From Kiritimatiellia bacterium (GTDB taxonomy: Bacteria; Verrucomicrobiota; Kiritimatiellia; RFP12; UBA1067), in the NCBI GenBank assembly GCA_050949565.1, contig JBMNFY010000017.1, positions 1,824,001-1,888,000 on the forward strand: a DNA stretch of 64,000 bases. The letters run 5' to 3'. The translations under genes and the position numbers were made by a program. Below are positions 48,395 to 59,080 of this stretch, one piece after another. Below the pieces are notes generated by a model. That model searched no databases, was not told where the DNA came from, and saw only the letters and a program-made list of their open reading frames with translations. Numbering within the stretch: the stretch's first letter is position 1; each line of letters starts with the position of its first letter.

Positions 48395-50374
48395 TCATGC
48401 AGCGTGAAAGCGGCTGGCGTTCGGCAACGGCATGTCCAGCAGATCGGCTAACGCACGCAGCAGTTCGGTTTCGTCCACGGTCAGCATGCCGTCGGCGCGC
48501 ATCACGAATGCGCAGGCGTTCAGCAGTTCGCCCTTAAAGAGTGGTGTGAGGCCATCAAGCCGTTGCACGGCGGCCTCCCACTGGGTCAGCGTGCAATCGC
48601 GCCGTGCCGGCATCGGCAGCCGGTCGACGCGGAAGGAGGTCGCGCGCGCCACACCTTCACGCCATGCTGCTTCGGCGGCGGCGTCATCGTGCGGCTGCCC
48701 CAGATAAGCCATCACGCCCAACACGGTCGCGGCCTCGGCCTGTACCCGCGCGGGCGGCAGCGGCTTGCCGTAGAAGCCGCGCCTCACGCTGGTCGACGAT
48801 AACGCGCGCTGCATGCGTCCGAGCAGCAGGACTTCGAACAGCGAGCGCTCATGGTCTGCATCCGCCAATTCGCGAGCCAGCGCTAGACAGGTCTCGCAAC
48901 CGGCGGACGGACGCTGCCGGACCCCCTCAACCGCCAGATCCAGCAGTTTGCGGCGTGCGGTGCGGTCTAAGCTCCGCAGCGCGTCGTACCAGCGTTCGGC
49001 AGCCGTGGCTAGCGCGGTTGTCTCTGTGACGGCGATCTGGCTGCGCTGACGTTGGCGCACGTCCTCATCTTCGCTCAGTAGCAGCCCGTAAAGCGCGGCG
49101 GCGGCATCGTCGGGGCGGACCAGTGTTTCGCGCAGACCGGGATCAAGCGTAGGCAATACCACGGTGGCCGTCGGAATTTCCGCCGCCTCGGACAACGCTG
49201 TGTCCGCCGCTGATGCCAGGCTCAGTTCTGAAGCGACTCCTGCCGCAGATGGAGGCACAGGCGGGGGTGCCGGTGGCGGAGGCGGCTCATTTCCTTTTGG
49301 TGGTTTGCGCCACGGCTTGAAGTTGCCCGTAAATTCGGGGTCCAACTGTTGGATACGCTCCAGTAGCGGCGGATGCGTGGCGAAGAGCTTGTCTACTGTG
49401 CCGGCCGAAAAGAGCAGGTGCGAAAGCTCGCTGCGGTTGGCACAGCGCATCTCGCTGCCATGTTGCGATGCGCCGATCCGCTTGAGCGCGCCGGCCAGTC
49501 CCATAGGATTACGCGTGAACTGCACGGCAGAGGCATCCGCCAGATATTCGCGCTGGCGCGACACCGAGGCCTGAATTAACCGTGCGAAAAGGACCCCTAT
49601 GCTGCCGATCACCCAGAGCGCCAGCCCGGAAAGGAACAGGATCAACAGAGCACCGCCGCCATTGCCTTTCTTATCGTCCGACGAGCGTGCGTAGCGCAAC
49701 GAGCGCATCAACTGGTAGCCCAGGATCGAGGTCACCAAGATGCCAAAAAGAATGCTGAGCAGCCAACAGTTGAGCCGCATGTCGCCATTTTTGATGTGAC
49801 TGAATTCATGTGCGACCACGCCATGCAGTTCTTCGCGCGACAGCCGTTCCAGCGCGCCGCGCGTCACGGCGATCGCCGCATTGTGCAGCGAGAAGCCTGC
49901 CGCAAAGGCATTGATGCCGCGCTCCTTGTCCAGTACGAAAACCCGCGGCACCGGCACGCCCGAAGCCAGTGCCACCTCCTCCACGATATTGAGCAGACGC
50001 CGTTCCAGAAACTCTTTGACATAACCGGGAGCGATCTCGCGACCGCCGGCCGAACGTGCCACCGCCGCGCCGCCCCCCGCCAGCGAGATGCGGCGATAGA
50101 GCGTACCGCCCCCGATGATCAGCGCGCTGATCCCGGCGGTCACCAACATCCAGTGCGGATCCCACGCGAACACCCGGATGCCGGCACGGTCTTGATCCAG
50201 CGTCTGCCGCTCCTCTGTTTCCTCCTCGTCACGCGACAGCTCCACCGCGAGCACCGCAATCGCTCGCGAGGCGAGGTAGAAGGCGCAGACAATCAACACC
50301 ACGGCTGCCGCGTAGTATACGAGCAACACGCGCGTCCGGCGGCGGGCGGCTTCCTGGCGGGCAAAGAAGGTCAT
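48395..50374 (-). CDS. M48 (HtpX-like) Zn metalloprotease, copy 1
   Basis: INAFAAG, AHEFSHIKNGD, SRQREYLAD and THPPLLERI motifs, plus a TerB-like C-terminus. Confidence 0.92.
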   Translation of the reverse strand: MTFFARQEAARRRTRVLLVYYAAAVVLIVCAFYLASRAIAVLAVELSRDEEETEERQTLDQDRAGIRVFAWDPHWMLVTAGISALIIGGGTLYRRISLAGGGAAVARSAGGREIAPGYVKEFLERRLLNIVEEVALASGVPVPRVFVLDKERGINAFAAGFSLHNAAIAVTRGALERLSREELHGVVAHEFSHIKNGDMRLNCWLLSILFGILVTSILGYQLMRSLRYARSSDDKKGNGGGALLILFLSGLALWVIGSIGVLFARLIQASVSRQREYLADASAVQFTRNPMGLAGALKRIGASQHGSEMRCANRSELSHLLFSAGTVDKLFATHPPLLERIQQLDPEFTGNFKPWRKPPKGNEPPPPPAPPPVPPSAAGVASELSLASAADTALSEAAEIPTATVVLPTLDPGLRETLVRPDDAAAALYGLLLSEDEDVRQRQRSQIAVTETTALATAAERWYDALRSLDRTARRKLLDLAVEGVRQRPSAGCETCLALARELADADHERSLFEVLLLGRMQRALSSTSVRRGFYGKPLPPARVQAEAATVLGVMAYLGQPHDDAAAEAAWREGVARATSFRVDRLPMPARRDCTLTQWEAAVQRLDGLTPLFKGELLNACAFVMRADGMLTVDETELLRALADLLDMPLPNASRFHAA

Positions 50375-50384
50375 GGCCGTTCAA

Positions 50385-50975
50385 TCAGAAGCGCACCTGC
50401 GGTGCCTGCCGTTCGGCGTCCGACTCCAGTTCCAGCGACTGCGCCGCCGCGAAGTTGAACATCGAGGCGATCAACGAGCTAGGAAACACCTCGCGGCGGG
50501 TGTTGTAGGCCATGACCTCGTCGTTGTAGGCCTGACGGGCGAAGGCGATGCGGTTCTCGGTGGAGGCGATCTCCTCCTGGAGCTGCATCATATTCTGGTT
50601 GGCCTTGAGGTCGGGGTACTGCTCCACCACCACCATCAGGCGGCCAAGCACACCGCGCAACGCGCCTTCAGCGCCGGCCAGCGCACGCATGGCCGCACCG
50701 TCGGTCGGCGCGGCGGCGGCAGCATTGGCGGCGGCGAACGCCTGGTTACGCGCCGCGATCACGGCTTCGAGCGTCTCGCGTTCGTGCTTCATATAGCCTT
50801 TGGCGGTCTCCACCAGGTTGGGGATCAGGTCATAGCGCCGCTTCAATTGCACATCGATCTGGGCGAACGCATTTTTGAAGCGGTTGCGCGCCTGCACCAA
50901 TCCGTTGTACACGCCGATTGCCCATCCGGCGAGCACCACCAAAACACCGATCACGATTAACAACGTCATGCTCAT
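50385..50975 (-). CDS. lemA: LemA family protein
   Basis: YNGLV, QIDVQLKRRYDLIPNLV, YPDLKAN and ENRIAFARQAYN motifs. Confidence 0.95.
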   Translation of the reverse strand: MSMTLLIVIGVLVVLAGWAIGVYNGLVQARNRFKNAFAQIDVQLKRRYDLIPNLVETAKGYMKHERETLEAVIAARNQAFAAANAAAAAPTDGAAMRALAGAEGALRGVLGRLMVVVEQYPDLKANQNMMQLQEEIASTENRIAFARQAYNDEVMAYNTRREVFPSSLIASMFNFAAAQSLELESDAERQAPQVRF

Positions 50976-51089
50976 ACATGCTTCCTTTCTGTTTGTGCTT
51001 TACCGGCGCACAAGAGTGAACCTCTCTCCTTACGGGAGAAAAATACCATTCCCGATCTTGCCGCGTCAAGGATGCCGCCGCATTTTCCG

Positions 51090-52970
51090 TCACACGGCCT
51101 GAAAACGACTGTCATCCGGCAGCGGCATGTCCAGCAGATCGGCCAGCGCGCGCAGGAGTTCTGTCTCATCCTCGGTCAGCGTGCCATCGGCGCGCATCAC
51201 GAATGCGCAGGCATTCAGCAGCTCACCCTTAGAGAAAGGCGTGAGGCCGTCAAGTCGCTGCACGGCGGCTTCCCAATGGGTCAGCGTACAATCACGACGC
51301 GCTGGCATCGGCAGCCGGTCGACGCGGAAGGAGGACGCATGTGACACGCCTTCGCGCCATGCCGCTTCGGCGGCGGCGTCATCCTGCGGCTGTCCCAGAT
51401 AGGCCATCACCCCCAGCACGGTTGCGGCCTCGGCCCGTACCCGTGCGGGTGGCAGCGGCTTGTCGAATAAAGCACGCTTCACGCCGGCTGACCACAGTGC
51501 GCGCTGCATGCGCCCGAGCAGTAAGACTTCAAACAGCGAACGCTCGTGATCCGCATCCGCCAGCTCGCGGGCCAGCGCCAGGCAAGACTCGCGACCGGCG
51601 GGCGGTCGTTGCCGAACCCCCACAGTCGCCAGGTCCAGCACTTGGCGGCGTACCGTGCGATCCATGCCCCGCAGTGCGTCGTGCCAGCGTTCGGCGGTTG
51701 TGGCCAGCGCGGTCGTTTCCGCGACGGCGATCCGGTTGCATTGGCGGCGGCGCACGTCCTCGTCTTCGCTCAGCAGCAGCCCGTAAAGCGCGGCGGCGGC
51801 ATTGTCGGGGTGGACCAGTGTTTCGCGCAGGTCGGGATCGAGTGTGGGCAGTACAACGGCAACCGTCGGGATTTCCGCAGCCTCGGACGGTGCCGTGCTT
51901 GCTGATGTCGGGTTTGCGGTAGCATCCGTCGCCGGAACAGGTGCGTCCTCTTGCGGCGACTCGCTCCACGGCGTGAAGTCGCCCGTGAATCCGGGCTCCA
52001 ACCGCTGGATGCGCTCCAACAGCGGCGGATGCGAGTCGAAGATCTCGTCTGGTGTGCCGGCCGAAAAGAGCAGATGCGAAAGCTCGCTACGGTTGGCGCA
52101 GCGCATCTTGTTGTCGTGGCTTGATGCGCCGATCCGCTTGAGCGCGCCGGCCAGTCCTGCAGGGTTGCGCGTGAACTGCACGGCAGAGGCATCCGCCAGA
52201 AACTCGCGTTGATGCGATACTAAGGCCTGGATCTTCTGCGCGAACACGACTCCCACGCCACCGATCAAACAGATCACCATCCCCAGGATGACCATGTCGT
52301 TGCTGTCGTCCTCCATGATAAAGTTGCCCAGGATCGAGGTCGACAAGATGCCGAAGAGGAGGCTCAGCAACCAACTGTTGAGCCGCATGTCGCCATTTTT
52401 GATGTGGCTGAATTCATGCGCGATCACGCCGTGCAATTCCTCGCGCGACAGCCGTTCCAGTGCGCCGCACGTCACGGCGATCGCCGCGTCGTGCAGGGAG
52501 AAGCCCGCCGCAAAGGCATTGATGCTCCGCTCCTTATCCAGCACGAAAACTCGCGGTACCGGTACGCCAGAAGCCAGCGCCACCTCCTCCACGATATTGA
52601 GCAGACGCCGCTCAGGAAACTCGAGGGAACGATCGGGGGTGATTTCACGGCCGCCGGCCGAGAGCGCCACCGCCGCGCCACCCTTGGTCAGCGAGATGCG
52701 GCGATAGATTGTGCCGCCCACGATGAACACCGCGCTTACCCCGGAGGTCATCAGCACCCAGACAGGATTCCACACGAACACCCGCATATAGGCGCAATCC
52801 GGCGAGTATCGTTCCCCCGACATGAGAAGCAGCAGATTCATCAAGAGTGCCGCAAGCCCCCGCAGGATGATATAGAAGGCGCAGACGGTCAGCACCACGG
52901 CTACCGCATAATACAAGAGCAGCACATACGTCCGGCGGCGGGCGGCTTCCTGGCGGGCAAAGAAGGTCAT
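51090..52970 (-). CDS. M48 (HtpX-like) Zn metalloprotease, copy 2 (diverged paralogue)
   Basis: Same motifs as copy 1 (HEFSH, REFLAD, SHPP) with many identical blocks. Confidence 0.92.
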   Translation of the reverse strand: MTFFARQEAARRRTYVLLLYYAVAVVLTVCAFYIILRGLAALLMNLLLLMSGERYSPDCAYMRVFVWNPVWVLMTSGVSAVFIVGGTIYRRISLTKGGAAVALSAGGREITPDRSLEFPERRLLNIVEEVALASGVPVPRVFVLDKERSINAFAAGFSLHDAAIAVTCGALERLSREELHGVIAHEFSHIKNGDMRLNSWLLSLLFGILSTSILGNFIMEDDSNDMVILGMVICLIGGVGVVFAQKIQALVSHQREFLADASAVQFTRNPAGLAGALKRIGASSHDNKMRCANRSELSHLLFSAGTPDEIFDSHPPLLERIQRLEPGFTGDFTPWSESPQEDAPVPATDATANPTSASTAPSEAAEIPTVAVVLPTLDPDLRETLVHPDNAAAALYGLLLSEDEDVRRRQCNRIAVAETTALATTAERWHDALRGMDRTVRRQVLDLATVGVRQRPPAGRESCLALARELADADHERSLFEVLLLGRMQRALWSAGVKRALFDKPLPPARVRAEAATVLGVMAYLGQPQDDAAAEAAWREGVSHASSFRVDRLPMPARRDCTLTHWEAAVQRLDGLTPFSKGELLNACAFVMRADGTLTEDETELLRALADLLDMPLPDDSRFQAV

Positions 52971-53074
52971 GGCCGTTCAACAAGAGGCGCACCTACGGTG
53001 TCTGCCGTTTGGTGTCCGGCCCCACCCCCAACGACTGCACCGCCGACCACGATTACCAACATCGTCGTGCTCAT
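52967..53074 (-). pseudogene. lemA: Internally deleted lemA remnant (35-aa mini-ORF)
   Basis: The leader and first ~30 nt resemble the lemA 5' end, and the last ~70 nt resemble the lemA 3' end and spacer. Confidence 0.85.
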
Positions 53075-53140
53075 GCAGGCTCCCTTTCTGTTTACGCTTT
53101 ACCGGCGCACAAGAGTGGCAACCGGAAAGCGGTAGAATAA

Positions 53141-56100
53141 TCAACGCAAAACCATCACGGAGCCGCTGACGTAGAAGAGCTTCAGCGTGCCATCCGCTGA
53201 CGGTTTAACCTGCCAGTGGCTATTGGGCCTGTTGGTCCAGTCCAGCGCACCGGAAATCGTGTTGCCACCGCTGACCGTCGCGATGGTGTACTGCTTGGCG
53301 GTATCCAACAACTCGGGGTTGGCGACGGTCAACGTTGCGCCCGCGCCGAAAGTCAGCGAACCGTCGAGCAACAGGCGGTCGTTGCCAGCCGCAGCGATAT
53401 CGATCAGCAAAGCACCGGTCAGGGTCGTGTCGCAGGCGAGCGTCAAGTCGCCGACTGTGCCCACGCCGCCGGGCGCGAGCGTGCCGGTCACCATCAGCGT
53501 ACCGTTGCTGACCGCACCGCTGCCGCTCAGTGTAGCGAGCGTCGGGGCACATCCGTTCAGATCGAGCCCGGCCCCTTCAGCGATCACCAGCTCGGTGCCG
53601 ACGGACAGCGGGCTTTCGCCGGTCAACTCGGTGGTCAGCAGTGAGCCGTCACCGGGGTCGGTCAAGGTTACGAAATACGCGATGTTGGTTTCGTTTCGCC
53701 CGTAGAAATCCACGCCGAAACCGAACGATGTCGTCGTCCACCATTGCGATTTGACTGGGCCGCCACCGCCACCACCCTGGCCGAAGCGTGCCTCAAAGGC
53801 GTGCGGACCGGGTGTCAGCGTGTACGAGCCGATCGTCGGAACGTTCCACGAGACGCCATTGGCGATCACCGTCACGCCGTCGATCGTCAGCTTGACGTTA
53901 TCGTCAAAGTTTTCGGCAAATGTCCAGGTCTCGTTCGTCGGCGACCGGTTCCAGACATAACCCTTGTAGATCCATGTGGTGTAGTAGGGCTCCGTATACA
54001 CGATATTGGCCATGCGGGTCGTGAGGCGCGTGACGATGCTGGTCGACATCGCCTCGGTGGTATTGAAGGCACCGGCCACCGGAGCTTCGTACAATCCCGG
54101 CCGGGCGCCGCGGAGTTGCAACACGCCCTCACTGATGACGATCGGTGTTGTAGCGTCGATGCCCGTCGCGATGGTCAGCACCTTCTCGCCGACCTTGGTA
54201 AGGCCGTCGCACCGCAGGTGCCCGTCGGCGAGCAGACCGCCTTCGGCCGTAACCACACCGCCTGTGACCGTGAAACCGCCGAGACTCAGGACGCCACTGG
54301 CCAGTACGATATCGGAGCCCTCCGGCAGTGCGCCAGCCACATCGAGACTCAGCGTGCCGTTGCTGACTGTCGTCGCGCCGCCGTAGGTGTTGGCCGCATT
54401 CAGCAAGAGCGTTCCGGCACCCAGCTTGGAGAGGCCGCCACTGATGTTGGCACCGAGTGTGGCGGTCGCGGCGTTATGGGTACTGACACCGCCGCCGGAG
54501 AGCGTCACGGACGGAGCCGAGGTGTAGCCGAAGCCCGGGCAGGTCACTTGGATGCCGCTGACCGTGCCGCTCTTCGAATCAAACGTCGCGATGGCCGTCG
54601 CACCGGTACCGCCGCCGCCCTCAATCGTGACCATCGGCGGCCCGATGTAGCCGCCACTCGGTTCCACGGTGATGCTGGCTACGCCGCTACCGGCCGGCGC
54701 CTGCAATGGCACATCGATCGTCCCGTTCCAGTCGGCGGTATCGAACGCCGCGCCGTCTGCGTAGACATGCACAGCATCTGGAGCGTTGGCACCGGTGTTG
54801 AAGACTTTGCCATTCTGGCGCATCAGGAAGGTGCCGCCGTCAAAGTTCACATAGGCGGCGGATCCCGTGCGCGATGACGACTTCGTGATCATCGACGCGC
54901 TGACCGTGCCGCCGTTGAAATTGGCGATCGCCAGCATGTTTGTGCGGTCGGCCATGTTGATCGTTCCGTTGATTCTGACCTGCGCGTCACCGTCCGCCGT
55001 GAACACCGCAAACCCGTTTTGTAAGCCATTGTCGCTGGCTTCTCCCACGCTCAAATATGACGCTGTATTGAATGTACCGCCGACCGTGTGCACCACAGCG
55101 GTGCCGCCGCGGCTGAGGCCCAAAATTCCGGCATAGACGTTGCCCATCTCGAAGGCTCCGCCGGTCTGCCGCAAGATGCCAACGCTGTTGACGTTACGCC
55201 CGAGATGAAAGTAGCCCATGTTTGTGAAGGTCCCGCTGTTCAGTTCATAGTAGCCGTATCCAGAGAATCCGATACGCCCGTCACTGGCGCATCCTCCCCA
55301 GTTGTGCATGACGCCGCCATTCTGATAGACCGCGCCGTGGCTGCTGCTATTGTTGCCGACATAAAGCCGCTGCGTGATAGAGGCATTGTCCTGAATCTCA
55401 AGAATGCCGCAGCCGCTTTGGCCGATCACCAGCGTCGACTGTGGCACATTGTAGGGATAGAGATAACCGCCCCACGCGGTGTTCCCGCCGACGGTCATAC
55501 GGCCGAAGTCACCCGCATTGTATCCGACATACGCCGAATTGTTGGTCACGTAGACGAACGTCGGCGCCGGATTGGTGAGGAACAGATGGGCATTGCCGAC
55601 GTATAGCGTACCGATCTCATGGTCGCCCGGTGCGTCGAACGCTAAAGCGCCGCCGTTAATCCGCGTGTGACCACGATAGGCGGCCTTGCCTCTCAGCGAA
55701 AGGGTCTGATCCCCCAGCTTGGTCAAACCCATCAAATTGGTGAAATCGTAGGTGTAGGCCAGCGGCGCGAGGCTGGTGTCGATTGCGAGGCATGCGTTGG
55801 CGCCCGTGAAGGGGGCGGCATCGTGCAGGTCGCGTATCTCTTCGGCGGTCCAGCCTTGCTCGCCGTTGCTGGCATGCATCGCGAGCGTGCTGTCGTTGAC
55901 CACCGTCACGCGTCCGTCTTTATAGCCCGGCAGTGAGCCTGTGTGTTTCACGTAGAGCGTGCCGTTGCTGATCGTGGTCGTACCGGCGTAACTGTTGGCC
56001 GTATGGTTGAGCGAGATCGTGCCTGCACCGACCTTCACTACGCTACCCGGTCCCGTGACCTCTCCATTGAACGAGGCGTAGCATGCGCTCGCCGCATCCA

Positions 56101-59080
56101 AACGTGCCTGGCCGTCCAGTAGCGTGACCGGACCGTTCCAGAAGTTCCGCGTGTTGTTGCCCAACCGGGCGTAGAAGCGGGCGTTGTCTTCCAGCACCAA
56201 ACTCCAAAGCGTGGGCGTCGTCATATCATAGATGTCGAAATACGCGCCGCCACGGACGGTCATCACATTGTTCTCATCGCCGCCCATATTGGTGCTGGCC
56301 TCGATCGTGAAGCTACCCTCCCGGATGTCGATCGCCGCTGCGGGGCCGCCCGGCGCGACGGACACGGAGGTCAACCCCACCATGTTCTGACCGACTTTGG
56401 TGAGGGTGTGGTTGTTCATGGTAAGTGTCGAGGTGCCGTTGACGTTGCGCAGATCCCAGCGTCCGCTCTGCACACCGCCGAAGGTCGTGTCGCCCGCGAG
56501 CGTGACAATGCGCAATGCGTTGAATTGCGAGATACCGGAATTGTTGACAATTGCGCCCAGACCGTCGACCCCCGCGCCGGTAACCGTGATCGCCTCGGCG
56601 TTCAGGTTCATGGCCTGGCCGGTCATCGAACCGCCCACGTCGAGCGTGCCGCCGTCCTCAATGAACGTGCCGGCTGCAGGCGAGCCGAGCGCTGCATTGT
56701 TTGACGCCAGCACCATGCCGCTCTTGATGACAGTCGGCCCAAGGTAGGTGTTCGCGCCGGTCAGAACCAGCTTGCCCGATCCCTCATGAGTCAAGGTGCC
56801 GCCGCCTGAGATGACGCCTGCAATCGTTTGCGTCACGCTGCCGCCGAAAGCCAGCGTACCCGCGCCCAGAGCGGTCGGTCCGGTGTAGCTGTTGGCTGCC
56901 GTGAGCAGTGCCTTGCCAACGCCGTCTTTCGCGAGGCCTGCGGCTGCGCCGTTGTCTGCGATAGACGCATTGACCGTCAGCACGGCTGCGGCGTCATCAT
57001 TTTGCAGGATGACGTTCCCGCCCGACGCGAGCGGCGCGAGGAAGCCGTCGCCAGCGGCCTCACCGACCGTAACGGAAGCCTTGTTCTCTCCGATGAAGAG
57101 GGCGTCCGTACGCAGGGTTTTGTGAGTACCGTTCTCCTGGGTGGCGATCACCGCCGGCGTGGCGGTATTTTGACGGATGTAACGGATACTGTTGGCCTGT
57201 GCGCCCGCTAGCGTGATCGCGCCGACCGTGCCGTCGCTATCGATCTCCGCACCGAGGGCCGCATCGTCAGGGATGACGGAATTTGGTCCACGCGCTGCGA
57301 TGGAGGTAGTCGCCGCGCCTGATGAAACGTGCAACCCGTTGACCGCATCATAGGCCACCATGCCTTGGCCGTTGATCGTGATCCACGATCCGATCAATCC
57401 CGCAGGCTGTCCGGTGATGAAAATCCGTGCACGGTCGCTTGCGCCGATATCGGCACCCGTGATGTTGAGCGTGCCACCACCGGCGCGGGTCAGGGACGCG
57501 AAAGTCAGCGTGGCACTCTGTCCCTGGGCGGCTGGCGTGAAGGCCAGCGTACTGGCGTTGTGCCGCACGGTGAGCGCACCAGCCGTCTCGCTGAAATTCG
57601 CCGCGCTGCCGTCGTTCTCGACACTCAGCGTGCCGCCGTCCAAAATGATCGACGATGCGTCGCGCAGACGGTTGCCGTTGTTGGCGGTGGCGGTATTGAC
57701 CAAACGTAGCGTCGCGCCGTTGGTGATTGTGTAGGATGCAGAAGAAGCGATTGCACCGGCCGCACCAGAGAGAATGAGTGTGCCCTCCTCGATGGCGGTC
57801 GAGCCACTGTAGGAACTCGCCCCTGAGATCGTCCACGTGCCGCTGCCGCGTTTGATCAACGTGACCGTGCCGGAATCATTCATGATACCGCCGCTGAACT
57901 CGCCGGTGCCGTCAGTCGAGCCCTGCAGAATCAGGGTCTTGCTACCGCTTGTGGCACCGGTGGCGCGCGTAAAGAGCAGGTGGCCGCTGCCGCCCTGCTC
58001 GATGGCGCCTCCTCTGTGGAGTTCCACCAGACGGTCGCTGGTGCTGCCCGTGCCGAGGTAGAGATAACGGCAGTCGGCGTGGTTGAGAATGACACTGCCG
58101 CCGGCCCCCAGACTGCACGGGGTCGAGCCGTTGGCGATGGTGTCGAATGCGATCGTGGCGGGTACGTTGATGATAGTGCTCATTGTGTAATCATTCGCCG
58201 GATTCATCAGTGCGATCGTCCCGTAGTACGAACTGTGCCAGAACTCAAAACCTGTCGCCCCGGTCAGCTTGGCGTTGATGGTAAGGGTCTTGCCGTTGGC
58301 CGCACCGTTGTCGAGATGGTTGTTGCCTCCAGCGGTGCTCAGGAAAATCGATCCGGGGCCATTGATCGTACAGTTTCCAGCCGCCATGATACCGCTGCCG
58401 CCTGTGTTACTCACGGTCAAGGTCGTCCCGGCGCCGAGATTGATGACGCCGTCCGCCGCGTTGATCTGAATCTGCCGGATGCTGGTGTTGCCGTTCAGAT
58501 TGACCACGCCGGAGGAGTTGTAGGTGATGTCAAGCACGCTGGAAGCGCGCTGCAGCGGTCCATCCACCGTGATCGTGCCGACGCCGTTCAGATTGAGCAT
58601 CTTGGTGCCGCCGCTCATGCCGCCGATCGCGCCGACAGTCAAGGTCCGCTCTGCATGGTCGTTACGCAGCGAATAGGCCGCGTTGGCCGAGTCGGGGCCC
58701 AGACGCAGCGTGGTGTTGAGCGTTTGGCTTGCGCCGGCCGTGTCGGTGATGCGGACCTCGCCGCCATCGCGCAGGATGGTGGTCTGGCTGGTTCCGATGC
58801 CGATCGTGTATGCGGCGACCGACGCCGTGTCGAACACGATATTTAGGATGCCGGGGAGCCCCGCCGTGTTGATCGTTGTGTTCGCGCTGGCTCCCGAGAA
58901 GGTAGCGGTGTCTCCGCCCGACGGATAGGGCGACGCACTCCAGTTGGCGCTGTCGGTCCAGTTGGCGCTTTGTGCGCCGCTCCACGTTCCGCTGGCGGCG
59001 TACGCACTCAGGCAGGCTCCCAGCAAGGTGACGGTAACGAAGACATCCAATAAGGACTTTCCCCAAAAAATCGGGGGCAA
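53141..59080 (-). CDS. ~1970-aa secreted autotransporter-associated beta-strand repeat protein with a PA14-like domain; N-terminus cut by the IS
   Basis: WSGAQSANWTDSANW, many KxGxGxLxLxxANxYxGxT repeats, WTFAENFDD and C-terminal SGSVMVLR. The first 10 codons lie in the IS end. Confidence 0.88.
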   Translation of the reverse strand: MPPIFWGKSLLDVFVTVTLLGACLSAYAASGTWSGAQSANWTDSANWSASPYPSGGDTATFSGASANTTINTAGLPGILNIVFDTASVAAYTIGIGTSQTTILRDGGEVRITDTAGASQTLNTTLRLGPDSANAAYSLRNDHAERTLTVGAIGGMSGGTKMLNLNGVGTITVDGPLQRASSVLDITYNSSGVVNLNGNTSIRQIQINAADGVINLGAGTTLTVSNTGGSGIMAAGNCTINGPGSIFLSTAGGNNHLDNGAANGKTLTINAKLTGATGFEFWHSSYYGTIALMNPANDYTMSTIINVPATIAFDTIANGSTPCSLGAGGSVILNHADCRYLYLGTGSTSDRLVELHRGGAIEQGGSGHLLFTRATGATSGSKTLILQGSTDGTGEFSGGIMNDSGTVTLIKRGSGTWTISGASSYSGSTAIEEGTLILSGAAGAIASSASYTITNGATLRLVNTATANNGNRLRDASSIILDGGTLSVENDGSAANFSETAGALTVRHNASTLAFTPAAQGQSATLTFASLTRAGGGTLNITGADIGASDRARIFITGQPAGLIGSWITINGQGMVAYDAVNGLHVSSGAATTSIAARGPNSVIPDDAALGAEIDSDGTVGAITLAGAQANSIRYIRQNTATPAVIATQENGTHKTLRTDALFIGENKASVTVGEAAGDGFLAPLASGGNVILQNDDAAAVLTVNASIADNGAAAGLAKDGVGKALLTAANSYTGPTALGAGTLAFGGSVTQTIAGVISGGGTLTHEGSGKLVLTGANTYLGPTVIKSGMVLASNNAALGSPAAGTFIEDGGTLDVGGSMTGQAMNLNAEAITVTGAGVDGLGAIVNNSGISQFNALRIVTLAGDTTFGGVQSGRWDLRNVNGTSTLTMNNHTLTKVGQNMVGLTSVSVAPGGPAAAIDIREGSFTIEASTNMGGDENNVMTVRGGAYFDIYDMTTPTLWSLVLEDNARFYARLGNNTRNFWNGPVTLLDGQARLDAASACYASFNGEVTGPGSVVKVGAGTISLNHTANSYAGTTTISNGTLYVKHTGSLPGYKDGRVTVVNDSTLAMHASNGEQGWTAEEIRDLHDAAPFTGANACLAIDTSLAPLAYTYDFTNLMGLTKLGDQTLSLRGKAAYRGHTRINGGALAFDAPGDHEIGTLYVGNAHLFLTNPAPTFVYVTNNSAYVGYNAGDFGRMTVGGNTAWGGYLYPYNVPQSTLVIGQSGCGILEIQDNASITQRLYVGNNSSSHGAVYQNGGVMHNWGGCASDGRIGFSGYGYYELNSGTFTNMGYFHLGRNVNSVGILRQTGGAFEMGNVYAGILGLSRGGTAVVHTVGGTFNTASYLSVGEASDNGLQNGFAVFTADGDAQVRINGTINMADRTNMLAIANFNGGTVSASMITKSSSRTGSAAYVNFDGGTFLMRQNGKVFNTGANAPDAVHVYADGAAFDTADWNGTIDVPLQAPAGSGVASITVEPSGGYIGPPMVTIEGGGGTGATAIATFDSKSGTVSGIQVTCPGFGYTSAPSVTLSGGGVSTHNAATATLGANISGGLSKLGAGTLLLNAANTYGGATTVSNGTLSLDVAGALPEGSDIVLASGVLSLGGFTVTGGVVTAEGGLLADGHLRCDGLTKVGEKVLTIATGIDATTPIVISEGVLQLRGARPGLYEAPVAGAFNTTEAMSTSIVTRLTTRMANIVYTEPYYTTWIYKGYVWNRSPTNETWTFAENFDDNVKLTIDGVTVIANGVSWNVPTIGSYTLTPGPHAFEARFGQGGGGGGPVKSQWWTTTSFGFGVDFYGRNETNIAYFVTLTDPGDGSLLTTELTGESPLSVGTELVIAEGAGLDLNGCAPTLATLSGSGAVSNGTLMVTGTLAPGGVGTVGDLTLACDTTLTGALLIDIAAAGNDRLLLDGSLTFGAGATLTVANPELLDTAKQYTIATVSGGNTISGALDWTNRPNSHWQVKPSADGTLKLFYVSGSVMVLR

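Noticed and set aside
48395-52970. Paralogous htpX copies as DGR template/variable repeats
   Set aside because: Similarity spans whole genes, differences are not confined to adenines, and there is no reverse transcriptase in the window.
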